From Carcharhinus longimanus (lineage: Eukaryota): DNA of 58,046 bases. This document shows, in pieces, positions 25,431 to 37,600 of this stretch; the stretch's first letter is position 1; each line of letters begins with the position of its first letter. The translations under genes were made by a program, and so were the position numbers. Below the pieces are notes generated by a model, which worked only from the letters and a program-made list of their open reading frames with translations, had not been told where the DNA came from and did not search any database. Location: NCBI GenBank assembly GCA_030264375.1, contig JASCQW010000119.1, positions 32,043,303 through 32,101,348 of the forward strand. The letters run 5' to 3'.

Positions 25431-25527
25431 GTACACAGTATGTAAGGAGAGGCAAAGGAGAAAACTGAAGGAAAAGGGTAACATACATTATTATGTATAT
25501 GACATTTTAGAACAGTGTAAACATACC

Positions 25528-25638
25528 TTAACGTATCTGGAAGGCAACTGGGATTTCACGATGAGGCACCAATATCCCTGAATGCAATGTTTCCACTGGA
25601 TCTACATCAGTAGCCACTATTTTGTACTTTTGAACCAA
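25528..25638 (-). CDS. CYP24A1: CYP24A1 exon 11 coding part ([36 protein letters not shown])
   Basis: ctgcag acceptor; TAA at 25530-25528 followed by G|GTATGT donor. Confidence 0.95.
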   Translation of the reverse strand: MVQKYKIVATDVDPVETLHSGILVPHREIPVAFQIR

Positions 25639-28600
25639 CTGCAGTAAAAGAAAAAACGCTGAGTTAGAAATAGCTGTGACTCCGGTTAAGAGTTGCACTT
25701 GTACTTTGTTGGCACCAATAATGATGATGCCCAGCCCACATGACTTACCCAGCAGAGGGCCAACTGTAACTGTAGTTCAGCTAGTCGCCGACCTATACAC
25801 ATCCTTTTCCCAACACCAAATGGCACGTGTGCAAAGGGATTGATCGTATGCTTATCCTGCAGCCAGCGTTCAGGTTTAAACTGCATTCCCTCATCAAAAT
25901 ATTCTTCATTCCACCCCAATGCATGACTGTTTATCATTAAAATAGTCTATGGGGAAAAGAAAACAAGTAATTTCCCCTTATATTTGGTGTAAAAGTATAA
26001 TTCTGAAAACACATTTTTAAAACTCTGACTTAAGGTTCACATTTCCATGACATAAGTAATGAAATACTTTCACATTTTCATAAATAGTTAGCTCTTCTCC
26101 AGTAATATTGTTCATGGACATATAGAAAGAAAATTTGATGGTCTCTCTCTACATGTGATTGCCTCTCTCTTTACCTCTATCTAATTCTTTCAGTTTATGT
26201 CAATCTGTCTGCTTTAGATACATTTAGATAATAAACATGATTTTGGCTTTGAAAATATTATAAATAGTGACATGTGGTGAGTTCCCCCCTTCCCCTCATG
26301 ACATGTTTTCCGGCAGTGGAAGTGGCTCACCATTGCAACCAGCAGAACCTTCTGGTCCTGCCAATATCTACAGTGTTTTGTATTGCTCTCCCATCCTGCT
26401 ACCGGGGAATCTGCCAGGAGGGCACAGGGATGGGGTGGGGGGACTTAGCTTTCAGTGGGACCAGAAGATCCTGCTGGCAGGATGGGTCTTAAATCCTGCC
26501 CATGACGCTAGTTTGATTATTTAACAGAAGCTACTGCTCAGTCACATGCTTCATCTCTCAAAGAAGTACTCAACATAAATTGTGGTCAAGTGACAACTTG
26601 GCTTATGTGGCACCACTCTTGGCTCAGAAATCGTTGTGGCAAGTTTATTTGAACATATAATTTAGTGTGATCACTGAAATAAGAGCTATTCAGCCTGAGA
26701 TGCCTGTACATTGGATGAGATAATAAAACTAGCATTCCTTTAGCTTATTCCAGTTCAGGTGCCTGTTAAAGGTCCTATATTTCTGTTTGCAGAAGAGCAA
26801 CAAGATCTTTGATGTCCTGGCCAATATATGTACCTTAACCAGCAACACCAAAAACAAGTCAACGGGTAATTAATTTTACTGTTGTTTGTACAACACGGTA
26901 CGCCTAAAATACCTGCTCTGTTATGTCTACATAACAATTGTAGAGTTTCCAGCTTAATTCATTGTCTGGTTGTTTTTGAGATGTAGTAACATTCTGTCTC
27001 TTATCATTACAATAATATGGAAATTCCTCAAAACTGGGATTATGAACGAGTTAAAATGTCAGTGAGTTAACAGCAAAACAGGCTATATTTTGGTTTGTGT
27101 CTGGGATGTTGCTTGATACTTACTCCCTTAGGTAGCAAATAGTCACCGAGAACAGTTTCTTCATCCAGGGTGCGACTTGTGAAGGGCACAGAAGGAGTAA
27201 TCCTAAACAGGTAATTGACATTAGTTGTCATTCTACGTGAGGCATTTAGTTACAGTTGTATATTTAACAAGATTGTGATATTCTCAATAAAAAACGCTTG
27301 TTATTTGTAAAAACATGCACTAGATTAACTGGAATCAAGTAAGATTGCATAAGATAAAAAGGCGTGCTAAGTCAAAGTATGATAAAGATATTACATACAT
27401 AATAGTTCTGAGAAAAAATGAATCTAAATGATCACAGCAGAGCAAACAATAGTGTCATAAAACATGTTGTACATTCTGCACTCTTTTAATTCTCTATGTA
27501 TGGTGTGCTTTATCTGTATAGTGTGCAAGAAACAATAGTTTTCACTGTATACCAGTAGATGTGACAATAATAAATCAAATCAGTTACTTCAGTTCTGGTT
27601 TGGTAAAATAATGCTCTACAGAATAGATCCTACACTTTACCAGATAAGATTACCAATTCATGTTTCATTCTTAAAATGATCCAAAGCTATAAGCTGAAAG
27701 TTTACCAGTTCGACTGTAATTCAGTGGTGTAATTTATTGTACTTGCTGTAGCATGATAGAATGCATTGTAGAGTGTTTGCTTTCAGGATTCTGCACAAGT
27801 TTCCAAACTTGATCAAACTATGTAAGAAAAGTATTGAATGCCTGCTAGATCAAGGAAAGCTGCTATGGTGTACATATCCTTCTAGTTGTGAACAGCTGCC
27901 TACTTTTTAACTGGTATTAGATATATATAAATATAGAAAATAGGAGCAGGAGTAGGTCACTTGGCCCATTGAGCCTGCTCTGCCACTCAATGTAATCATG
28001 GCTGGTCTTTTATCTCAACACCATACTCCTGCTCTCTCCTTAACTCTTGAAACCTTTGGTGTTTAGAAATCTATTTCTTCCTTCAATACATTCAGCCTGC
28101 ACAACATTATATGGTTGAGCATTCCACCGGTTCACCACCCTGAGTGGTGAAGTTTTTCCTCATCTTAGTTCTAAATGATCTACCCCATATCCTGAGACAT
28201 GGCCTCTTGTTCTAGATGCCTCACCCCCAGTCTGTCTTGCCCTGTCCGAATTTTATGTGTTTCAATGAGATTCCCTCTCCTTCTTCTAAACACCAGTGAA
28301 CACAGGCCTAGTTGACCCAATCTTTCTTCATACGACAACCAAATCTGATGTCAATAGATCAAACAAATAATGTGGGATCGGAAATTTCAACGTGAAGGAC
28401 TGAAATATAAACAAAAATACAAAAATGCTGGAAAGGAAATTAACAGCAATCTGGCCAAGCAAACCTCATAGACTCCTTTAGGCAAGCCTTCAGGTAGGGC
28501 ATTTTCTTAATATCGTCTGCAGTTGGGGCCCGGTCTTTGGACAGCACATGACATATTTCTTCACTAAGTTTGTTTTGTGCCTTGGGATTGCGTGAGAGAT

Positions 28601-31600
28601 TAAAAATAGCCCAAAGCATACTGTTGGCAGTCTGTAATATAAAATAGCATAAAATTTTAATAGACCTTTTGCAGAGCTTTCATTTGATGACCTTCACTTA
28701 GATAACAGTTACTCTTGACAGCATTAATAAGAAGTTGCTTCTTTGTCTAGAATCCATGACCCATTTTATGTAACATATGTGTAAGGACTAACAGAAGAAA
28801 AACCTCCATGAACATCCCATCCCATAGGAGAGGCCAGCACATGAATGCAAAAGACACACTCATGCATCTCAATTTTCAGGGTCAAAACAGTAGTTNNNNN
28901 NNNNNNNNNNNNNNNNNNNNNNNNNNNNNNNNNNNNNNNNNNNNNNNNNNNNNNNNNNNNNNNNNNNNNNNNNNNNNNNNNNNNNNNNNNNNNNNATTTA
29001 TACTCTTTCTTGATCCTTGACTTCCAACTTTGCTTTTATGATGACCTTTTAGACAAAGCTGACTTATGATCCAACTGTACAGCCTCTAATAATACTGTCA
29101 TTCTGTGATGTGACTGATAGTAAGACTCAAACACCAGCTGAAAATGATCTTTTTTTCACCATTTTAAATTTATACCCTTCCTTACTCGATCCTTTCACGA
29201 TTGAAAACAGTTTCTCCCAGTGTACTCTGTTCACACGCCTCATAATTTTGAATATTTTCATCAATCTTCTTTCAGCTTTCTTCTCTCCAAGAAAAAGAGT
29301 CCTAACTTCTCCAATCTATCCTCATTACTGAAGTTTCTCATCACTGAGACCATTCCTGCAAACCTCTTCTGTGCTCTCTCCAAGGTTTAAGTAGTTGTAC
29401 CCTGAACTGTACGCAATATTCCAGCTGAGTTCTAACTAGGGTCTTATACAATTCAAAATAACCACCATGCTCTTGCACTCAGCACCTCTATTAATAAAGT
29501 GCCGAATTCTATGCTTTATTAACTACTCTCTCAACCTGTCCAGCTACCTTTGATGATTTATTTATTGCATATTCTCCTCGGGTCTGCATGGGTTTCTTCT
29601 ACGTAGTCTCCTCCTAGTCTAAAAATGTGCAGGTTAGGTTGATTGGCCATGCTAAATTGCTCCTTAGTGTTGTCAGAGGGATTAGTAGGGTAAATACGTG
29701 GGGTTAAGGGGATAGGGCTTTGATGAGATTGTTTTCGGTGCAGGCTTGATGAGCCGACTGGCCTCCTTCTGCATTGTAGATATTCTATTCCATCTATCAA
29801 TGCTCATTTAGCACCTCCAGCTCAGTGATATTAATTTCATGAGATCTGACCATGAAAGTAGATCAGGCCTCCTGCCAGTGACATTGGGCAGGTGATGTAA
29901 TGGACGTACCCACTGTCAGCCAAATTTCCACTTAGAACAATTACCCCACCACCTTTGTCTATGCAGCCTTACCTTAGCATCAAACTACCTAGATCATGTA
30001 TTCAAATATCAGGAAAGAGCATGAAATCATTCTGACTCCAAGGTGAGAATGCTAACAGTGTGCCAAGTTGATGTTTAGTAGCTAAGTTTGTCACCAAGTG
30101 ATTTCTCTATATTTAGCTCTGAGCTTTCTGATATTCTCAACAGCAGCAAATAGATTTCAGTCAGGATATTACCGTTTCTACTCCTCCAATCTGAAGCTCC
30201 GTGACTGCAGCATATAACTCTTTTCTTGATAGTTCACTGCCATTGTAGATTTCAGAGAGAAAGTCATTGGCCGGACAGGCTGAGTGTCTATTTAATCTTC
30301 CATCAATGTGGCATTTTGCTAAAATAATGTACACAAGCAAAACTTAGATTATAATCAAGAATCCAGAATAGCAAAACACACAAATTCAGATCACTGTGCC
30401 AAACTTCAGATGTTATAGTTGTTTTCAGTTAAAAGTTACTAGGAATAAATATTTCTTGAGAGTTTCTCTTTGTCTTCAGGTACAATGCCCTAAGAGGGCG
30501 TTGGTGACCATGGATTTTGTTTTAGAGACATGGTTCAACATTGTTGATATGTTCATCCAATTTGGAGCCTCCTTTTAAAAAAATGTTTTTTGTGTACCTC
30601 AATCTCTTTTACCATTGAGCTTTCATATTGGCACCAGACTTTCTACTTCATAAGTTCTTATAATGTGTCCAAGATGTCTCTTTCCCGAAACCTGTCCCAG
30701 GTTGTCCTTTGACACACTATTTACCTTTGTTCTGCCACTAACACATTCTGATCTCTCAATTTGCCACTAATGGCACCTTTCTTAGCCATGATCACCACTA
30801 TTTACATTCCCTTTATCTTTTTGTCTATGATGTACTTGTCGATCTCTCCCTTGCCTCCACCTATCGCTAGCCCTCTATCCAGCCTCCACAGGTCCAGCCA
30901 TCCTCTCCCCCCATCCACAACACTATAAATCTCAACCTATTTCCAGTTGTCTTCAGCTTTGATGAAGAGTCACCCAGACTCAAAACATTAGCTCTGTTCT
31001 CCCTCCCTAGATGCTGTCAGACCTGCTGAGATTTTCCAGCATTTTCTATTTTATTTCTGAATCCAGCATCTGCAGTAATTTGCTTTTGTCTCTTTCCTGA
31101 ACTTGGTCAGGACAGTTTTTTCAGTCTTACATTTTGCTAGTGCCTTGAGACCATCAAATTCTTTATATATTTATCATTAGGAAAATCTAAACTCTTTCCT
31201 TTTCAGTTCCCTTGGTAAGATCAATTTTAAAAACGGGCTTATTCCAGGGATTCTATGATTTATATGTGTTTGAATATCACTTCACAGAGATAAAAGATGA
31301 TGCTGTAGTTTGATCATTTTCATGAGTTATGTTAAATGCACAATTGCACACAATGTCATTGGTTAGTTTTCTCGGGAAAGCAGATTGACTAGTTTGTTAA
31401 ATGTATTATTATTTATAAGATAGATTTCAAGAATTCAAAATTTTGAGGAATCTTGGATTCAGACAATTTGAGCAGAATTTTACGGTCCTGCCCAACACAG
31501 GAATTGTAGCAGGACACCGGACCATGCAAAGGTCCATTGGCCACGGGGCTTTGGGGACGAGCGCAGCCCAAAAATCCCACCCTCTGTGTGAGTGACCTAC

Positions 31601-34600
31601 AACTGTATATTTTCTATTCTTGTTTATTGCTTTTTTGCCTTCCTGATCTTGCTAACTGTTTAATATCTACTAGGGCTGAAAAACAAGACATACTTTGAAC
31701 TGTTTCACTCAAGCAGTTTTGTTCGATATATAATTATCTTAACAAGTAATAAATGCCCTGAAAAAAAAGCAGTTGTTTGATACAGCTGTGGGAGAGTCCA
31801 AAGCTAAGGACCATAAATTTAAGATAGTTACCAATCAATCTAATAAGGAACTCAGGAAAATTATTTTTTAGGAGTGTGGTTAGAAGGTCAAATCTGATAA
31901 ATTGTTGAGTAGCTGTGGTGAATAAAATAGTTGCATATAAGGGGAAGCTTGATAACAAAAGGAGGGGTAAAAGGAAGCAAAGAATATATTAATGAATGGT
32001 TGGGTGAACTATTTTACCAGAAGCCTCAGGTGGAACACTGGGGAGGCAGTGGTGTAGTCATTGGACTAATAATCCAGAGAACCAGGCTAATACTCTGGGA
32101 ACCTGGGTTCAAATCCCACCATGTCAGATGTTGAAGTTTGAATTCAATAAAAATCTGGAATTAAAAGTCCAATGACGAACATTAAACTAATGTTGATTGT
32201 TGTCAAAACCCATTTGGTTCACTAATTTCCTTTAGGGAAGGAAATATGTTGTCCTTACTGAGTTTGACCTACACGTGACTGCAGATCCACAACAATGCAG
32301 TTGACTCTTAAGTACTCTCACAGATGTTCAATAAATGCTGGCCAGCCAGACATCCACATCCTGTGAATGAATTTTTTAAAGAGCCATATCAATCTGATGG
32401 GTCAATCAGCCTATTTGTGTTCTGTAACTTCTATACAATTATGTGCAGCTATGGTGATTGGATATTTCGGATATGTGGATTTCTTGATTTTAGTTGCCCC
32501 ATGAGGATAAAAGTTCTCCATGAACAAAGGTTAACACTATACCCATGGGTGAATTATATTTAACATCCCACTGTTGTGCCAACCTGGGCTGTTCACATTC
32601 ACTACCTATTGATTGTATCATAACTAGGAGGTACAAAACAGAATGTATTTTCTACATTGTTTTCAAATTGTTCCTTTTGGAGCTGCCTTAGGCAGAATCC
32701 CCTGATGAAGGAGCAGCACTCCGAAAGCTCGTGATTCCAAGTTGGACTTTAACCTGGTGTTGTGAGACTTCTTACTGTGCTCACCCCAGTCCAATGCCAG
32801 CATCTCCACATCATGTGAAGCACAGGCCAGGTTATTATGGTGCTGCTGAAGTAAATGGTAATTTAGATGGCCTACCCACCCCATCTGGCAGCTGGAGGCA
32901 CGCTGTGGCATGGCAGTGAAATTCTGACCATAATGGAGGCCTCAGATTAGCCGCAATTCACCAACTTCAATATCATAAGTTTAAATATTTCAGGAACCAT
33001 GTTTTTGGACGCTCTCCTCAAATAATGCATCATCACGTCTGTGCCTTCTATATTTTGATTTCCCATGAGGCTTTCACTTGTTAATAGCCCAGATTCTCTT
33101 CATTCCTCAGAGGGTTATACCTTGTAGACACTCCAGAAGATGTGCTGGGGAACCCTTTGGGAAGACCCCTACACATGAACTACATGGAAATTGCCCAGAA
33201 AGTTGCAGTTAGAACCATCTGAAATTCTAATTTAAAGTCAGAGATTTTGAATGGTTATGACTTATCAGAATAGTTCCCCAAGAAAGGTTGGGAGGATTAA
33301 AACCAGTTCTAATTCCTAGCTAACTATGGTACTGATCAGCTGCCCAATCCAAATTGGTCCCCCCCGCTAACATACCCCTCCTGCTCCACACAAACCCCCA
33401 CCCACTCGACCACAGTCTCTGACCACCTGACTACCACCCAATCACCCACAACTAACCCCTGAATACCTCCTGGTCATCTGACAAACTTCACCATACCTTG
33501 ACTTCCCCTCCTCCCCTCACTGGATCCTCCCAAACCTGACTACACTCCCCTATCCCCTGACTACCCTCCCTACCTGACCACCTGACTACCCCTCTACACC
33601 CCAATGTCCGAACACAGCACAAGCCTCTCTGACCACCCCACTCCAGTTTTTGCAGCTTTTTCTGCTTTTACCTCAGATTACCAGCATCTGTGGTATTTTG
33701 CTTTTATTTATACCAGGGATGTTGTGCATTCCAGCGCTTTGGTTGCAAAGGCCACACAATTGCTAGTTTTCGCATCCAATAGATATAAAGTTAGAGCCAT
33801 TCTCAAGAGATTAGTTTTTGGGTGCTATGTTAGCTTTCTAGCTGTTGTTCAGAATTTATTAAGTTTTTTTAGTTTTTTTTAGTTTGACATGAATGCTATA
33901 GGCTCTTAGCAGATTGGTTTCAGAAATTAATGTTAAAAATAAGTTTACCCTATCATTTTTACAGAATTTGAGTGAAAGGAATATGGGCAAGGAAGATGAG
34001 AAAGCAAAACAAATGCTCTCTGATGAGTTAATAACAGTCACTATGCGCACAAGTCATGTTGAAAGTGCTTTATCTTTGCTAATCTACTTCAGCTATTTTC
34101 ACTACTGAAATGGGAAAGTGGGTGTGTCAGTCAATAGTGCCTTGAATGAATAAGCTGTGTGCGCAACAGAGCTGCATATCCCTGCCAGTTCAGTGACCTG
34201 AGTCAATGTCTCATGTTAACCTCAGACAGTTATAAACACTTGGCTCTAATGCCAACTCCAGGTCATTCAGTTTACAAGTATGAATCTGATCCTAATGCTT
34301 GCCAGTCCAGTGAAATGCAACAGGTTCAGTATTCAATCACATGATCTAAAAAGCCACTTTAAATCTGTCCTTTTTTTTAAGGCTGAATAAAACGAATACT
34401 TATTTCTCAAAATATGGTTAGGTAAAATAGTTATTAATTTGGACAGTAATTGCTACTCTGATTCTTTAACAACATATCAATTCAAATGATATTGATTTTC
34501 AAAAGGCCTTTGTAGCAGAGATCATGGCATAGAAAATTAAGAAGACTACAGTCAGGGAAATAGTGAAGAGGGGCAGAAATTAAGTTGTGGATGTAAAATG

Positions 34601-37600
34601 ACATTCCTGGTACTGGAAAATGTGACAAGGGGTATTGCACAGAAATCTGAAATGGGCCATGCCTGTTTAGTACATATAATAAAAATTCTAAACTTTGGAA
34701 ACAGAGAAAGAAGATTGGAATTTACTGCATGCATCAAATTGAAGTATAGAAAACTGTGACAATGACTATGAAAGGTTGTAGTGGAGACAAAAACGTCATC
34801 AAGAATACAAATAGGTGAGCTTGAATGTACAGAAAAGTAAGTAAGGATTGGGAAAGGATGTACCATTTTAAAAGTTAAAATTTTAAATAATGTAGAGGAA
34901 CAGGTGATGTTGGTTTGCATTGATCATAGTCATTCGGATGAGTAGCAGAAGTGGAAAAGGTCATTAAACAAAATGGCAACTGCAATCATGGTTTTGTATC
35001 CAGAGGCACAGGGCTGGATTCAGAGCAGTGTTAGACTTCCATCTATGCCGTGTTATCAATAGATGACCATTATTGTGGTCATATGGTCATTCCTTCACCG
35101 TTGTCGGGTTAAAATCCTGGAGTGCCTTCCTAACAGCACGCTGGGTATACCCATACCACATGGACTGCAGCAGTTCAAGAAGGCAATTCACTAACATCTT
35201 CTCATGGGCAATTAGGAATGGACAACAAATCATGGCCTAGCCAGCAATGCCCACATCCCACAAATGTTATGTTAGAAAATTCTCTGTTCTTTTTTTAAGC
35301 TTCTATATTCTTTAGAAATTAGTCATATGTTAAATTACATACTACTGTTCGACTTCTGAAAACTGGGTTATATCCAACACTGTTTTATTAAATAGAGGTG
35401 TCTCCCTGGTTGACAATAAGATCCTACATGTGAACTTGGATTGGGTAATCTGGATTTCTCAGCAACTCCATTTCTATGGGCATTTCCATTTCCGGTATCA
35501 ACCGCTCTAATGGCTTTTCAGAGTGAGGTTGTTGGATAATGCCAGTTGTACTGAGTTTGGTATAGTCTGGTGGCTACTGATTATCTTCATGGAGAACTGG
35601 ACTGAAAATCTGAGAAGGTCCTTTTCGTTTTGGACCTTACATCGGTACAGGCTTATGTATAGGGAACTGGGACCAACTGCTACAGAATAGTGATGTTATG
35701 GAGTAATGAACCTCCAAAACAATGCAATCCTGTCCATTGCATATCCAACTAAATCATGGCATGCAAGTGTGCAGCTTATGTTGGGTGGAGCTTCGAATAG
35801 TCCAATGAGAATGGAATAATAGATAAATAAAAATTGGAATCTAGAACCGCTGCTCTCAAATAACACTTCAACACTACAATGACTTCAGTTATTCATAGAG
35901 CAACAGATATTAAACCAACAGTCCTTCACACTCTAACAAATACTAAACTTTCAGTTCACAGAGAAATACTGCTTAGTAACCAGTTTGTTAAATGAGAATC
36001 AGTGAGGAAACAAGGACTACTTTCTGTTTGAATTTTTTTTTGCAAGGATGCAAAACATGAACCCTTTCCTACCATACTTAATAAAATGACCAACAATGCA
36101 TTTGGGTTGACAGTGCCTCAAACTTCCAAAAGTTGTCTGCAAGATGGTGCCCATAAGAAAGCAGAGTGATCCTCATCTAATCAATCTGTATTAAAACTTG
36201 AACAGAAAATTCCAAGATGAAGGGTCATTATAATCCCCTCTTTTTAAGAGTACTGACATTTCAAATTCAATGAACCCAAAGAGTCAGGAATTCCCTTAAA
36301 AATGTACTGGAGTTTAAATTTTAGGCATTCATAGCTGTTCAACAATTTCACAATTGAAGAATTACAATTACTCCATGATCTCTAGGACTAAAACATTCAC
36401 CTTCCAGAACCATTTTGTGAATGTTGTTTCTGCAATAGTTGTCATTACTAATAACCTCTTTAGTTGGGCATGTACCTGTTTTGAATATATTGTCCCAAGC
36501 TTCTGTGTGGTCCTTCCATGTCTTTGTATTAAAGCTTTTATGGAGCCCAACTGGTGTCACCATCATCTTACCAAATGTATTCATCATCTGAGATATACAG
36601 GAAGTAAAAAGAATGTCTGGTCATGTGCAGATTATACACAGGGAAACAAATGCATCCTTTAAAAATAAAATTACCTCCTCTTCATTGTTATATTCCGTTC
36701 TGTTTTAAATCTGATATTCCTGCTTTTAAAATTAATTATTTATTTGAATCAAAAAATCTACAAGGTATTTCCTCCAGTAAGAAAGATGTGGGTGAAGAAT
36801 TTATTCTGAAAGATGTATCTGGCCAACAGAGATTTGGGCTTTCAGTCATTTTTTTCACATCCCACTTTTTCATGGGGTGCTCATTAATCTCTATTCCTGC
36901 ACAGTTAGCTGGACGGCTGGTTTGTAATGCAGAGCAACATCAACAGCATGGGTTCAATTCCCGTACGGGCTGATATTGTTCATGAAGGCCTCACTTTCTC
37001 AACCTTGCCCCTTGCCTGAGGTGTGGTGATGCTCAGGTTAAATCACCACCAGTCAGCTTTCTGCCTCAAAAAGGGGGAGGGCAGCATTATCTCTTATAAT
37101 TCAGCATGAAACAGAGAACACTAAAAACATCAGCATTTATAAAGAGAAAAAAGGAATAAATGTGGGCCTTTTGCTAGAATCTGTGTTTATTTAGATTTTC
37201 ATCATTTTTTTCCTTTTTTTAATCATTGTAATTGATAGCTAGCTATTACCCAAAAATAATTATACAGACTCCTGCAGAAAATTCCTCTTGTTACTCAGCA
37301 AGATATGAATTCAGTAATATGAATATATATTGCACTGTGTAATTAGCTATCATTTTACAGAACCAAATCTTTTTTGGACTAACAGATGATCTGCTCTAAA
37401 TTCATTCATCGCTGTGTACTTACAATTTTAATTGCCTTGATGAAATTCAAAGATTCTTCAACTACATTTTGTTCCAGAAGGCCAAATCTTTTATCATACA
37501 ACACCAAGCATATTGCTGCAATTAGAAAGTTACTGATAAGTGCACAATCAATTGCCAAACATACATAACATGTGAAATTATATCTATGTGCTTTAATAAA

